From NCBI GenBank assembly GCA_002717515.1, contig PBEC01000018.1, forward strand, positions 198,630-262,629: DNA of 64,000 nt, written 5' to 3'. Both the position numbers and the translations under genes were made by a program. Shown in pieces: positions 1 to 11,065 of this stretch. Position 1 is the first letter of the stretch. Every line of letters begins with the position of its first letter. A model generated the notes under the pieces. That model saw only the letters and a list, made by a program, of their open reading frames with translations, made no database searches and was not told the origin of the DNA. Source of the stretch: Flavobacteriales bacterium (GTDB lineage Bacteria; Bacteroidota; Bacteroidia; Flavobacteriales_C; GCA-002722245).

Positions 1-648
1 GTAGGAACCAATAGAACAAAAGAGTTAATGAAAGAATTGGCGCCTAAAATCGAAAATATATTTTCGGAAAAGAAATTTAGCTATTCTTTCACAGGAATAG
101 GTGTAATTGTGGCTAAAGGAGTTGAGACGTTAATTTCTAATTTAATCATGTCTTTGTTACTAACTGTACTTATTATTTCTGTTCTGATGGGGTTAATGTT
201 TAGAAACATTCGAATGGTTTTAATCAGTTTATTACCGAATATTTTACCTCTTTTTATAACAGCTGCAATTATGGGATATTGTGGTATAAACCTAAAGCCT
301 TCTACCATTTTGGTATTTAGTATTGCTTTCGGAATATCTATTGACGATACAATTCATTTTTTAGTAAAATATAGACAAGAACTTGCTAGTAACCAGGGTG
401 CTATAAAAACATCGGTAATAAATGCTTTAAAAGAAACTGGTTTAAGTATGTTTTATACTTCGGTTGTACTCTTTTTTGGATTTGGAATTTTTATAGCTTC
501 AGATTTTGGAGGTACTATAGCACTCGGTGTTCTAGTTGCATTAACTCTTTTGGTAGCCATGTTATCCAATTTAATTTTATTACCTTGCTTACTGTTAACT
601 TTAGATAAACTCATAACAATTAAAGCCGAGAAGGCCATTAAAAATTAG
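1..648 (+). CDS. MMPL/RND-family transporter, C-terminal part (truncated by window start)
   Basis: The frame is open from base 1. It has multiple TM helices and the RND/MMPL motif [15 protein letters not shown]. Confidence 0.85.
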   Translation, partial: VGTNRTKELMKELAPKIENIFSEKKFSYSFTGIGVIVAKGVETLISNLIMSLLLTVLIISVLMGLMFRNIRMVLISLLPNILPLFITAAIMGYCGINLKPSTILVFSIAFGISIDDTIHFLVKYRQELASNQGAIKTSVINALKETGLSMFYTSVVLFFGFGIFIASDFGGTIALGVLVALTLLVAMLSNLILLPCLLLTLDKLITIKAEKAIKN

Positions 649-652
649 AAGT

Positions 653-1513
653 ATGAAGGGGATTATTCTAGCAGGAGGATCAGGGTCAAGATTACATCCA
701 TTAACACTTTCTGTAAGTAAGCAATTAATGCCTGTATATGACAAACCAATGATTTATTACCCTCTGTCTACATTGCTTTTGGCTGGGATTAATGAAATTT
801 TAATTATTACAACACCTCACGATCAAAAATCTTTTCAGCAATTATTAGGAGATGGGAGTAGAATCGGTTGCCGTTTTAAGTATGTAGTTCAACACGAACC
901 TAACGGTTTGGCTCAAGCATTTGTGCTGGGAGAAGATTTTATAGGTAAAGATAATGCAGCATTGGTTTTAGGGGATAATATATTTTACGGTTCAGGCATG
1001 TCGAGTTTATTGCAATCCAATAACACACCAGATGGCGGTGTTGTTTACGCATATCATGTTTCTGATCCCGAACGATATGGTGTTGTTGAGTTTGATAAAA
1101 ATATGAATGCTATATCTATTGAAGAAAAACCTGAGGTTCCAAAATCCAACTACGCGGTTCCAGGACTTTATTTCTATGATAATGATGTTGTTGAAATCGC
1201 GAAGAATATTAAACCCTCAAGTAGAGGTGAATATGAAATTACCGATGTTAATGCAGAGTATTTAAGAAGAGGAAAGCTTAAGGTTAGTGTTATGAATAGA
1301 GGAACAGCTTGGTTAGATACGGGAACTTTCTCTAGTTTAATGCAAGCAGGTCAATACGTACAGGTTATAGAAGAACGCCAAGGGCTTAAAATTGGTTGTA
1401 TTGAAGAAGTTGCTTATCGAATGGGTTTCATTAACGAGGAGCAATTATTAGAGTTGGCCCAACCGCTTAAAAAGAGTGGGTATGGAATTTATATGGAAAA
1501 TATTGTAAAATGA
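653..1513 (+). CDS. rfbA: Glucose-1-phosphate thymidylyltransferase
   Basis: Motifs [42 protein letters not shown] and WLDTGT. Confidence 0.96.
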   Translation: MKGIILAGGSGSRLHPLTLSVSKQLMPVYDKPMIYYPLSTLLLAGINEILIITTPHDQKSFQQLLGDGSRIGCRFKYVVQHEPNGLAQAFVLGEDFIGKDNAALVLGDNIFYGSGMSSLLQSNNTPDGGVVYAYHVSDPERYGVVEFDKNMNAISIEEKPEVPKSNYAVPGLYFYDNDVVEIAKNIKPSSRGEYEITDVNAEYLRRGKLKVSVMNRGTAWLDTGTFSSLMQAGQYVQVIEERQGLKIGCIEEVAYRMGFINEEQLLELAQPLKKSGYGIYMENIVK

Positions 1514-2454
1514 CTAGAATATTAGTTACAGGAGGAGCAGGTTTTATAGGAAGTGTATTGGCTGAAAAGCTAATATCAAATAAAGAAAATTTCGTGGTAA
1601 TAGTTGATGATTTGTCTACTGGTAGTTTAGATAAACTTCCGAATCATTTGCCAAATCAAAATTGGCGTTTTGTTAAGGCGGATGTAAATGAATATCGAGA
1701 CATAGCTGAAATTATGTTGGGGAAAAAATTTGACTATGTTTTTCATTACGCAGCATTAGTAGGTGTTCAAAGAACCCAAGAATATCCAGTAAAAGTTTTG
1801 AGAGATATTGAAGGTTTTAAGCATGTTTTAAATCTTTCTAAAAGTACAGGAGTTAAGCGTGTTTTTTTCTCCTCGTCATCTGAAGTTTATGGAGAGCCCG
1901 TTGAATTGCCTCAGCATGAACAAACAACACCGTTAAATTCCAAGGTTCCATATGCAGTTGTTAAAAATATTGGTGAAGCCTTTTTAAGGTCTTACAAACA
2001 AGAATTCGGGTTGGATTACACAATATTCAGGTTTTTCAATACATATGGTCCGAAGCAGAGCGATGACTTTGTTATGTCTAAGTTCTTATATAAGGCTTTG
2101 AGAGGGGAAGATATTACAATATATGGAGATGGATCTCAAACCAGAACATTTTGTTTTTGTGACGACAATGTGGATGCTTGTTTGAAAGCTTTATACGATA
2201 AAAAAGTCATAAACGATGTCATAAATATAGGAGGAGAGCATGAAATTAAAATTATTGACTTGGCTAAAAAAATCATTGAAGCTACAAACTCCACTTCAAA
2301 AATCATTCACCTCCCTCCATTAAAGGATGGCGATATGGCCAGGAGATGTCCCGATAATACAAAAATGAGAAGTTTATTAGGACGTGAACTAATAACGATT
2401 GATGAAGGAATTAAGATTTTATTAGAAAGTCCACAATTTCAAATAAATCAATAA
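1510..2454 (+). CDS. NAD-dependent nucleotide-sugar epimerase/dehydratase (extended SDR)
   Basis: GGAGFIG Rossmann motif, SSSEVYG and YxxxK (YAVVK). ATGA overlap with rfbA. Confidence 0.9.
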   Translation: MTRILVTGGAGFIGSVLAEKLISNKENFVVIVDDLSTGSLDKLPNHLPNQNWRFVKADVNEYRDIAEIMLGKKFDYVFHYAALVGVQRTQEYPVKVLRDIEGFKHVLNLSKSTGVKRVFFSSSSEVYGEPVELPQHEQTTPLNSKVPYAVVKNIGEAFLRSYKQEFGLDYTIFRFFNTYGPKQSDDFVMSKFLYKALRGEDITIYGDGSQTRTFCFCDDNVDACLKALYDKKVINDVINIGGEHEIKIIDLAKKIIEATNSTSKIIHLPPLKDGDMARRCPDNTKMRSLLGRELITIDEGIKILLESPQFQINQ

Positions 2455-2467
2455 AATTAGAGTAGGT

Positions 2468-3430
2468 TTGGAATATCAGGAAATTATTTCTCTCGTTCAG
2501 GACGAGATAGAACAAACCAGTTACAAGGGCTATCCTTCTGAGTTATATGAGCCAATGAATTATATGATTCAATTGGGAGGGAAAAGGCTCCGTCCTGTTA
2601 CTACTCTTTTGGCTACTCAATTGTTTTCTGGAGAAATATCCAGAGCAATACCTGCTGCAAAAGCTATTGAAGTATTTCATAATTTTACTTTAATTCATGA
2701 CGACATCATGGATAAAGCGCCATTACGTAGAGGCAAACAAACTGTTCACGAAAAGTGGAACGATAATATTGCAATTCTTTCTGGAGATACTCTTTTGATT
2801 GAAGTTTATAATCATTTTTTAGAAGGAAACTATTCAAATTTATCTGAAATATTAAAAGTATTTAATCGAACTGCAATTGAGGTTTGTGAAGGTCAGCAAT
2901 TGGACATGAATTTTGAGACTAGAAACGATGTTACAATCGAAGAATATATCAATATGATTCGATTAAAAACATCTGTCTTAGTAGGAGGAGCATTTAAAAT
3001 AGGAGCTCTGGTTGCTAATGCGAATGAACTTGATTCAAATTTAATTTATGAATTTGGAGTCAACCTTGGAATAGCATTTCAGTTGCAGGACGATTATTTA
3101 GATTGTTTTGGTGATCCTCAAAAATTTGGGAAACAAGTAGGTGGAGATATCATATCGAATAAAAAAACATTTATGATGTTGAAGGCTCTTGAGATTGATT
3201 CAACAGGAGAATTACGCAATAGGATTTCAGAAAAAGAATTTGATTCGCAGGAAAAGGTAGATTCGGTTAAAGAACTTTATAAAAAGCTAAAAGTTGATCA
3301 AAAGGCATTTGAGCTAATGAATCAGTATTATGCTAAGGGAATTCAAAGTTTAAATCAAATTCAATCATTAGATGATGCAAAAAACAAAATCATTAGGTTT
3401 GCTGAAGATTTAATGAAAAGATCATCATAA
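2468..3430 (+). CDS. Polyprenyl (geranylgeranyl/farnesyl) diphosphate synthase
   Basis: GGKRLRP and two aspartate-rich motifs (DDIMD, DDYLD), plus GQQLD. TTG start. Confidence 0.92.
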   Translation: MEYQEIISLVQDEIEQTSYKGYPSELYEPMNYMIQLGGKRLRPVTTLLATQLFSGEISRAIPAAKAIEVFHNFTLIHDDIMDKAPLRRGKQTVHEKWNDNIAILSGDTLLIEVYNHFLEGNYSNLSEILKVFNRTAIEVCEGQQLDMNFETRNDVTIEEYINMIRLKTSVLVGGAFKIGALVANANELDSNLIYEFGVNLGIAFQLQDDYLDCFGDPQKFGKQVGGDIISNKKTFMMLKALEIDSTGELRNRISEKEFDSQEKVDSVKELYKKLKVDQKAFELMNQYYAKGIQSLNQIQSLDDAKNKIIRFAEDLMKRSS

Positions 3431-3780
3431 TGACTATCATTCAAAGAAACGATAGATTATATTTGAGTCAAGAGAGTTATTTTGAAAAGGTAAAGAGTCA
3501 ATTGATTAATGATATAAATGATATTCATTTTGAAAAAAAAATAAAATTAATATCATTCAACCAAAGGGAACTTCTAGCGAGCACAGTTACGGTTTATTTA
3601 CAAAAAACATTTACCAAGAGTTCTTCTTTGTTTTATCAATTGATGTATAAAATTGATATTCCTGAAACAACACTAGAATCCAAAATTGTCAATTTCTCAA
3701 TTGATTTTTCAGTTTTGTCGGATTTAGTTTTGAAAAGAGAATTAATGAAAGTACTTACAAGGGAAAAATATTCACGCTAA
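3430..3780 (+). CDS. Hypothetical protein
   Basis: 116-aa ORF whose start overlaps the upstream stop (TAATG). No motif recognised with confidence. Confidence 0.7.
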   Translation: MTIIQRNDRLYLSQESYFEKVKSQLINDINDIHFEKKIKLISFNQRELLASTVTVYLQKTFTKSSSLFYQLMYKIDIPETTLESKIVNFSIDFSVLSDLVLKRELMKVLTREKYSR

Positions 3781-3789
3781 TGGGGTTTA

Positions 3790-5043
3790 CTACTTTTCTT
3801 CAGGATATTTGATGTTGGATAATTCAGCAGTTACCTTTTCTTTTATCTCTATATACATTTTTAAGTTAGCTTGACTTATTGGTTTTGATTTAGGTAGTTT
3901 CTGTTTGTAAGGATCAACTTGACGTCCATTTTTCCAAAATCGGTAACATACATGAGGTCCCGTAGCTAAGCCTGTTGATCCGACAAATCCAATTACATCA
4001 CCTTGATTCACTTTAACACCTGGACGAATACCTTTTTTTATTTTATTCATATGTAAATATTGGGTAGTGTATACAGAATTGTGTTTTATTTTAACATAAT
4101 TCCCGTTATATCGGTTGTATTTTGCATGAGTTATTACTCCTTTAGCTGTGGCATAAATAGGAGTTCCTTTTGGTGCTGCATAATCTGTTCCCAAATGAGG
4201 TTTGTTTCTTTTCTGTACAGGATGATAGCGTCTCATAGAAAATCTTGAAGAAATTCTTGAGAATTTTACAGGGGCTTTTAGAAATTGCCGTCTTAGACCT
4301 CTATTTTCATGATCATAATACTCTGGTTCTCCATTTTGAGAGAACTGAATAGCATAGAATGGTTTTTTGAAATGTTCAAAATATGCGGCCTTTATTCTTT
4401 TTACCCCAATACTTTCTCCGTCTACAACGGTTTCTTCATAAATTACTTTAAATCGATCTCCTTTCTGAATGCGATAAAAGTCGATACTCCATGCATATAC
4501 TTCAGACAAGGCAATAGCTAATTCTGGATTATATCCTTGTTTTTCAAGCGATAAGTAAAGTGAGTTATTTATAATTCCAGAAGCTTCTTTGGTCACAATT
4601 TTTACAGGTTTTTTATCGCGATATATTTTTAAAGAATCTCTTAAATCGTATACGATGTAATTTATTTTGTCGATTTCATAAACTAAAATTTGAGCCTTTT
4701 CTGAGGAGTCATTTTTTTCAAAAACAGTATAATGTCTTCCGGCTCTTAATTTTCTTACATTAAATAGTTTTTTTCCTTCATATGCCATTTTATTCATTGT
4801 GGCATAACTAATACCGTGACTGGTTACTAAATCGCTAAAAAATTGATTTTTTTTCACTTTATCTCCCACAACTTTAAAGGAATCAACGTGAAATCCATAA
4901 AGCATTTGCGGTTCTTTGATAATGGTATCGATTTGATCTGGATTTTTGGTTGTTGAACTGTTTATTTCAGATTCACCACAATTAGTAGTTAATATTAGAA
5001 GTAAAAGGAGTGTAAAAAATAGACTTATTTTAGTTTTAAACAT
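3790..5043 (-). CDS. M23 family peptidoglycan DD-metalloendopeptidase (MepM-like)
   Basis: HxxxD (HLGTD), YLHM and the HxCY variant of HxH (GPHVCY). N-terminal signal/lipobox. Confidence 0.92.
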   Translation of the reverse strand: MFKTKISLFFTLLLLLILTTNCGESEINSSTTKNPDQIDTIIKEPQMLYGFHVDSFKVVGDKVKKNQFFSDLVTSHGISYATMNKMAYEGKKLFNVRKLRAGRHYTVFEKNDSSEKAQILVYEIDKINYIVYDLRDSLKIYRDKKPVKIVTKEASGIINNSLYLSLEKQGYNPELAIALSEVYAWSIDFYRIQKGDRFKVIYEETVVDGESIGVKRIKAAYFEHFKKPFYAIQFSQNGEPEYYDHENRGLRRQFLKAPVKFSRISSRFSMRRYHPVQKRNKPHLGTDYAAPKGTPIYATAKGVITHAKYNRYNGNYVKIKHNSVYTTQYLHMNKIKKGIRPGVKVNQGDVIGFVGSTGLATGPHVCYRFWKNGRQVDPYKQKLPKSKPISQANLKMYIEIKEKVTAELSNIKYPEEK

Positions 5044-5140
5044 AAGGTAAAATTAATTTATGAAAGGTTGCTTGAAAAGAGAGAATTTGTTAAAAAGTCA
5101 AACAAAGGTCGTTTATTATGTAAAAACGTAAGAAGTAAAG

Positions 5141-7159
5141 TTATAAGTTTCGTCCCAATGCAAGAGATAAAGTAAGTTTTGCCTGGTTGAGTATACTAAG
5201 GTGCATGAGTAAATCATTGATTTCTTCTGAAGATGTAAATGATTTTAACTTTTCGTTTACTTCCTTTATTTCAGACTTTATTCTTCCAAGTTTCAACCTG
5301 TTTAGAGCTACTGTTATGGCAAGCTTTATTTTATCTTGTTCAGTGGTCACATAAATGGAATGTTTTTTCCAATTATTTAACCGATGTCTTTCCTCAGTGA
5401 TGTTAATCACCTGCTTCACCAAATTGGCTTCATTACTTCTCAAAAAGAATTTTTCGGTAGGGATTTCTCCCTCATAAAATTTATTCTTAAACACCTCCCA
5501 TATGGACTTATGTTGTGAGTTTTTAAATTCAATTTCATCATGCGAAATGTCTTCAATTACCATTTGAGCAACAGTTATTTGATGTTGTTTTTTTGCATCC
5601 ATGATGTCTTTGTTGAGTTCATCATTTTGGTTCGAGTTGTTTACTGAAATTTCATAATGACCATATTTGAGCAGAAGTCTTAAAAGATATGCCTCATTAT
5701 AGTTGTTTTCTTGATTCAGTTTTTTCTGTTGTTCATCTTTAGGTAAATTACTTTTTTCTAACGATTTACCTTCAATGTCTTGAGTAATTGAATTTTGTGA
5801 GAGACTATCGAATTTAGTGGGGTTAGAATTTCCTTTTATTTTTTGTTCTTTTTCAAAATTCAATCTTCGTGCTTTATTAAGCTCATTAACAAGGGTTTGC
5901 TCGGCAATATTAAGAAGTTTGGATGCGTCTTGGGTATATACCGAGCGTACAATCATATCGGGTATTATAGAAATGGATTGGACAACCTCTTTTATGAGCC
6001 CTGCTCTTTTTATAGGATCATTTTTAGCTTCTTTTAAAAGTGTTGAAGCTTTAAAGCTTATAAAATCTTGTTTCTTTTCTTCGATGTATTCCTCCAGTTC
6101 AACAAGTGTATTTGATCGAGCAAAACTGTCAGGGTCTTCGCCGTTTGGAAAAGTAACCACTTTAACATTCATACCTTCACTTAAAATTAAGTCAATTCCT
6201 CTGAAAGATGCTTTAATTCCGGCCTCATCACCATCGTAAAGAACGGTTATGTTAGGGGTAAAACGTTTAATTAGTTTTATTTGTCCTTTGGTTAATGATG
6301 TGCCACTAGAGGCAACTACGTTTTCAATTCCTTTCTGGTGCAGAGATATGACGTCTGTATATCCTTCTACCAAAAAACAGTTGTCGTTTTGAATCATAGC
6401 TCGTTTTGCTAAATACAAACCATATAGAACATCACTTTTATGATAAATAGGTGTCTCAGGAGAGTTGAGGTATTTCGCTGATTTTTTGTTGGATTGAAGA
6501 ATACGAGCTCCAAAACCAATTGTTCTTCCTGAGAGGTTATGAATGGGGAATATTATTCTTCCAAAGAATCGATCGAATAATTTATTGTTTCTTTCTGAGG
6601 TCAGCCCCGAATCAAGTAAAAGGTCTTTTTTATACCCTTTATCGAGTGCTATTTTTGTAAAATGATTCCTTTCTTCAAATGAATACCCCAATCCAAATTT
6701 ATCTATCATTTCATCAGAAATACCTCTACTTTTAAAGTATCCTAAACCAACAGATTTACCTTCATCTGTTTCAGAAAGATTTTTTCTAAATTGCTCTTTT
6801 GCGAATTGAGAAATTAAAAATAAAGATTCTCTCTTGTTTATTTTTAACTTTTCATCTGGACTGATTTCTTTTTCCTCTACAGTAATATTGTATTTTTTTG
6901 CCAGATATTTTAAGGCTTCTGGATAGGACATTTGTTCATGTTCCATAACAAAGTTTACAGCATTCCCTGAAACTCCGCATCCGAAGCATTTATAAATTCC
7001 TTTGGCAGGAGAGACTGTGAATGAAGGTGTTTTTTCATTGTGAAAAGGACAGTTTCCAAGTAAATTGACACCTCTTTTTTTTAAAGCAACGAAATCACTA
7101 ATTACCTCTTCAATTCGAGATTCGTCGATTATTTTATCTACAGTCTCCTTTGGAATCAT
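5141..7159 (-). CDS. dnaG: DNA primase
   Basis: Zinc finger CPFHNEKTPSF...CFGC, KYLNSPET, and TOPRIM motifs VEGYTDV and YDGD. Confidence 0.97.
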   Translation of the reverse strand: MIPKETVDKIIDESRIEEVISDFVALKKRGVNLLGNCPFHNEKTPSFTVSPAKGIYKCFGCGVSGNAVNFVMEHEQMSYPEALKYLAKKYNITVEEKEISPDEKLKINKRESLFLISQFAKEQFRKNLSETDEGKSVGLGYFKSRGISDEMIDKFGLGYSFEERNHFTKIALDKGYKKDLLLDSGLTSERNNKLFDRFFGRIIFPIHNLSGRTIGFGARILQSNKKSAKYLNSPETPIYHKSDVLYGLYLAKRAMIQNDNCFLVEGYTDVISLHQKGIENVVASSGTSLTKGQIKLIKRFTPNITVLYDGDEAGIKASFRGIDLILSEGMNVKVVTFPNGEDPDSFARSNTLVELEEYIEEKKQDFISFKASTLLKEAKNDPIKRAGLIKEVVQSISIIPDMIVRSVYTQDASKLLNIAEQTLVNELNKARRLNFEKEQKIKGNSNPTKFDSLSQNSITQDIEGKSLEKSNLPKDEQQKKLNQENNYNEAYLLRLLLKYGHYEISVNNSNQNDELNKDIMDAKKQHQITVAQMVIEDISHDEIEFKNSQHKSIWEVFKNKFYEGEIPTEKFFLRSNEANLVKQVINITEERHRLNNWKKHSIYVTTEQDKIKLAITVALNRLKLGRIKSEIKEVNEKLKSFTSSEEINDLLMHLSILNQAKLTLSLALGRNL

Positions 7160-7162
7160 TAA

Positions 7163-7492
7163 TTATTTTGTTAGGATTTCCATTTCTTTTCCAATTTGCA
7201 TACCGAATTCACGAATCTTGTCGGCTACAACATTCTCTTTAGTTGAACGTTCCAAAGAATCCGCTAAAGTCATTAGCGTTTGAAAATGAAAATACTTCAT
7301 TTCGTCAACTCTCATTTCTTTCGTCCATAAATCAACCCGTTTAGCAACTTTTTCCTTTCCGTCCCAGACCGAAATCATTAATGCTTTAATTTCTTCTTCC
7401 GAAACCCCTCCTCCTTCAGAAGCTGTCCAATCTAATTTTTCAGGGATGAGGTTTTCATCTAAAGTAACAGTAAACTTAATTTCTTTTTTCAT
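7163..7492 (-). CDS. gldC: Gliding motility protein GldC
   Basis: IKFTVTLDEN..PEK..W, SVWD and LWTKEM.VDEMK motifs. Directly downstream of gldB. Confidence 0.9.
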   Translation of the reverse strand: MKKEIKFTVTLDENLIPEKLDWTASEGGGVSEEEIKALMISVWDGKEKVAKRVDLWTKEMRVDEMKYFHFQTLMTLADSLERSTKENVVADKIREFGMQIGKEMEILTK

Positions 7493-7498
7493 ATTATT

Positions 7499-8479
7499 CT
7501 AAGGGTTATATTTTGAGTCTCTAAAAATAGTTGTAAAATCCTTATTTGTCATCAATTCATTCAAAGTTACCTCTGGGTTGTTGTCCATATACTCTTTAAT
7601 TATTCTATAACCAATAAAAATACCAGCTCTTCCTGGGGATTCTCTTTCTACTGAAGATACAAATGGTCCGTGTTGTATGAATTTTTTATAGTTTCTATAA
7701 TCTTTAGAGAATAAATGCTCCTTTAATGCGAGATGTTTCCAAAAGGACTTTTCATGGCTGTAGCACCATATCATCTGACGTGTTGTAAATTGAAAACGTA
7801 TTGAGTCCATTACATTTGGCATCATTGCTTCTACAAAATATTCAAGTTTTCCGAGTCCAATCATATTTTCAAGGAGTGTTTCACCATGTATACTTTCTGA
7901 ATATTTATTTTTTGCAAAAGACCTTATTACAATTGGAGTTATGTATTCTTTTTTGTAGTTCTTTGAAAGATATTTCGGAATACGATCTTGGCTATATATT
8001 TCATAATCTTCTCCATAAAACAAATCGATTCCAATTAAAATTTCGTTGTTTTTTACAACAACTGGCGTTGTATAGTTTACACTTGATATATAAGTGTAAA
8101 TAACTGGTAATGAGTCTTTTGGGAAGTAGTGTTTGTAGTGAGAAAAAGCATGGTTTAATTTTTCTTTGATTTTATCGTAGCTGCCGATTTTGGAGTTCCA
8201 GTCGCTAAACAGTTTAATATTGAGTTCATTGTTCAAATAATCATTAAGCTCTAAAAGTTTGGTAGGGTCTTTGTACTCACCGTTTATAAATACAGGATAT
8301 TTAGGAGCTAGTTGATCCAATGAAGTTTCTAAATTTTCAGTATTAATATTGAATAAATCTTGTTCATAGTGACGAAAATCTAATTTTGATTTGCTTTTAG
8401 AAACATCAATTATTAGAGACGGTTCAGAACAAGAAATAAAAAGAATAATAAATAAAAAGAAAATAACAACGTTCTTCAT
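7499..8479 (-). CDS. gldB: Gliding motility lipoprotein GldB
   Basis: Lipobox FISC, ESPGRAGIFIGYRII and C-terminal SKYNP. Adjacent to gldC. Confidence 0.85.
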   Translation of the reverse strand: MKNVVIFFLFIILFISCSEPSLIIDVSKSKSKLDFRHYEQDLFNINTENLETSLDQLAPKYPVFINGEYKDPTKLLELNDYLNNELNIKLFSDWNSKIGSYDKIKEKLNHAFSHYKHYFPKDSLPVIYTYISSVNYTTPVVVKNNEILIGIDLFYGEDYEIYSQDRIPKYLSKNYKKEYITPIVIRSFAKNKYSESIHGETLLENMIGLGKLEYFVEAMMPNVMDSIRFQFTTRQMIWCYSHEKSFWKHLALKEHLFSKDYRNYKKFIQHGPFVSSVERESPGRAGIFIGYRIIKEYMDNNPEVTLNELMTNKDFTTIFRDSKYNP

Positions 8480-8586
8480 AAAACTATCGACTGCTTTACT
8501 TAATTTCGTAAAGTTAGTTATTGATTGAATAATTAACTTTTAATTATTCACTTTATTTGAAATATTTTTTAATAAAACTCAATACA

Positions 8587-9360
8587 ATGAAAAAAATTAT
8601 CACTTCACTAATTATATTTATACTTAGTTCAAATGTTTATGGTCAAGATATTTCAACTGGTCCTGAATTTAGGAAACATCGTTTTGGATTAAAAGGAACC
8701 CCGGGAGTTGCATATTTTAAGGTTAATAAAACCGGAAAGAAAAATAAAGGTTTGGGATACCATATTGGGGGTGGATTGAATTATGAGTATTCTTTGAGCA
8801 GAAATGTTGCCATTGCTTCAGGTTTGATTTTTTCGCAAACTAATGGAAAAGTTGAGTATACGGATTCTCTGGGATTGGATTATGTAAGTATATCAAACGG
8901 GACTGAAAATAGTGAAAGAGCATACCGGCTTCATTCAAGATCTTATGTCTTTAAGTCTGTTGACATTCCTTTGAAATTTAAATTCAGGACTCCTGAACTA
9001 GGATATTTGACTTACTACCTTGAATTTGGATCTACAGTGAATATAATTTCAGGTGCTTTTGCTCGTAAGAATCTTGTAACACTTAACGAGGGGAATACAC
9101 AGTCTTTACTATCCGGTAATGAGTCTAGTCTGGATGTCGGTAAAGAAGTTGTTTTTCTAAGAGGAGGTGTTAATTTTGGGGGCGGTGTAGAATGGAATGT
9201 TGCGGGGAATACATCTTTGCTTTTTGGTTTAAATGGTAATTTTGGATTCACGAATATTTTAAAGAAAAATTCATCAACTATTTCCTACGATCATGGAGGT
9301 TCTTTTAAAAGAGCAACAAATTTAAATTACATTGCCCTTCAGGTTGGAGTTCAGTTTTAA
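8587..9360 (+). CDS. Outer-membrane beta-barrel protein (porin/PorT-like family)
   Basis: Signal peptide starting at ATG 8587, alternating beta-strand pattern, DIPLKFKFRT and C-terminal Phe. Confidence 0.75.
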   Translation: MKKIITSLIIFILSSNVYGQDISTGPEFRKHRFGLKGTPGVAYFKVNKTGKKNKGLGYHIGGGLNYEYSLSRNVAIASGLIFSQTNGKVEYTDSLGLDYVSISNGTENSERAYRLHSRSYVFKSVDIPLKFKFRTPELGYLTYYLEFGSTVNIISGAFARKNLVTLNEGNTQSLLSGNESSLDVGKEVVFLRGGVNFGGGVEWNVAGNTSLLFGLNGNFGFTNILKKNSSTISYDHGGSFKRATNLNYIALQVGVQF

Positions 9361-9421
9361 AAGTTTTCAAATAAGAGTATTGAGCTTTATTTTTATTTGT
9401 GCATACTAATAACTTCTATTC

Positions 9422-9429
9422 TATCTTTG
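9422..9429 (+). promoter_or_regulatory. Bacteroidota sigma-A -7 element (TATCTTTG) for nadE
   Basis: Exact match to TAnnTTTG, 4 nt before the ATG. Confidence 0.7.
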
Positions 9430-9433
9430 TAGT

Positions 9434-11065
9434 ATGAAAATTGCAGCAGCTCAACTTAACTTTCATGTTGGGAATTTTGAATTCAATCGTAAAAAAATAA
9501 TTGATTACATACGGTCAGCCGTTCAAAAGAAAATAGATCTTTTGGTTTTTCCTGAACTGGCCATTTGTGGGTATCCTCCACGTGATTTTTTAGAATTCAA
9601 TGATTTTGTTGAAAAATGTATTGCTAGTATTGAGTCTATTGCTTTGGAAACAAAAGACATTGCTGTTGTCATTGGAGGTCCAAGTAAAAATAACACAGGT
9701 AAAGGTAAGTCTCTATTTAATTCTGCCTATGTTCTTGTAAATGGAAGGGTCAAAGAAATAATAAAAAAAACACTATTACCTACTTATGATGTGTTTGATG
9801 AATATCGTTATTTTGAACAATCTAGAGTTTTCAATGTAATAGAAATAAAAGGGAAAAATATTGGTATAGCGATTTGTGAAGATCTTTGGAATGTTGGGAA
9901 CAACCCATTATATACACAAACACCGGCTTTAGAATTGAAAGAGTTGGGAGCTGAAATAATTGTTAATATTTCTGCTTCTCCATTTTCATATTTGCAGGAT
10001 TCAAATCGGAAAGAAGTTCTAAAAGAAAATACTGAAAAAACTAACATTCCTATTGTTTATTGTAATCATGTTGGGGCTCAAACCGAATTGATTTTTGATG
10101 GGGGATCTTTTTTTATGAATTCAGATGGAAAGGTCGTTAAACAAAGTCCTTTTTTTAGTGAAGATTTGTTGATTTCAGAATTAATAAATGGTCAATTCTT
10201 AAAAGGAAATGTGCAATCGGGAAGTAAAATTCAGTTGATTCATGATGCTTTAATTATGGGCATAAAGGATTATTTTAAAAAGTTAGGCTTTAATAAGGCA
10301 GTTATTGGGTTAAGCGGTGGTATTGATTCAGCGGTTACTTTTGCTTTAGCAGTCCGAGCACTAGGGAATAATAATGTTTTTGGAGTATTAATGCCTTCTC
10401 AATATTCTTCCAATCATTCTATTGATGATGCAAAAAAATTAAGTGAGAATCTTGGTGCTCCATATAAAATAGTGTCTATTGAGGAGATATATTCGGTATA
10501 CAATGAAAAATTGAAGCCTCTTTTTAAGGATTTACCCTTTGGACTGGCCGAAGAAAATTTACAGGCGAGAGCACGAGGGGTTTTATTAATGGCAATATCC
10601 AATAAATTTGGATACATTGTCTTGAATACATCAAATAAAAGTGAAGCAGCTGTTGGCTATGGAACCTTATATGGGGACATGTGTGGGGGATTATCTGTAC
10701 TGGGAGATGTTTATAAAACAGAGGTTTTCGAATTGGCTAGATACATCAATAAGGATGCTGAGGTTATACCTGAAAATTCTATTTTAAAACCGCCTTCAGC
10801 AGAGCTTCGCCCAGACCAAAAAGATTCTGACTCCTTACCAGATTATGATGTTTTGGATAAAGTTTTATTTGAATACATAGAAAATAGAAAAGGGCCAAAA
10901 GAGCTTTTAAAAATGGGGATCGATGAAACTGTTGTCAATCGAGTGCTAAGAATGGTAAACTCTAACGAGTACAAACGATACCAAACACCACCGGTTTTAC
11001 GGATAAGTCATAAGGCTTTTGGTATGGGTAGAAGGATGCCTATAGTAGCAAAATATCTTTTGTGA
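9434..11065 (+). CDS. nadE: Glutamine-dependent NAD+ synthetase
   Basis: Nitrilase triad motifs (FPEL, KKTLL, ICEDLW), SGGIDS, ENLQARAR and PPSAELRPDQKD. Confidence 0.96.
   Translation: MKIAAAQLNFHVGNFEFNRKKIIDYIRSAVQKKIDLLVFPELAICGYPPRDFLEFNDFVEKCIASIESIALETKDIAVVIGGPSKNNTGKGKSLFNSAYVLVNGRVKEIIKKTLLPTYDVFDEYRYFEQSRVFNVIEIKGKNIGIAICEDLWNVGNNPLYTQTPALELKELGAEIIVNISASPFSYLQDSNRKEVLKENTEKTNIPIVYCNHVGAQTELIFDGGSFFMNSDGKVVKQSPFFSEDLLISELINGQFLKGNVQSGSKIQLIHDALIMGIKDYFKKLGFNKAVIGLSGGIDSAVTFALAVRALGNNNVFGVLMPSQYSSNHSIDDAKKLSENLGAPYKIVSIEEIYSVYNEKLKPLFKDLPFGLAEENLQARARGVLLMAISNKFGYIVLNTSNKSEAAVGYGTLYGDMCGGLSVLGDVYKTEVFELARYINKDAEVIPENSILKPPSAELRPDQKDSDSLPDYDVLDKVLFEYIENRKGPKELLKMGIDETVVNRVLRMVNSNEYKRYQTPPVLRISHKAFGMGRRMPIVAKYLL

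Noticed and set aside
653-2454. O-antigen or capsule island
   Set aside because: Only rfbA and one epimerase are present, in a housekeeping context with no glycosyltransferase or flippase genes.
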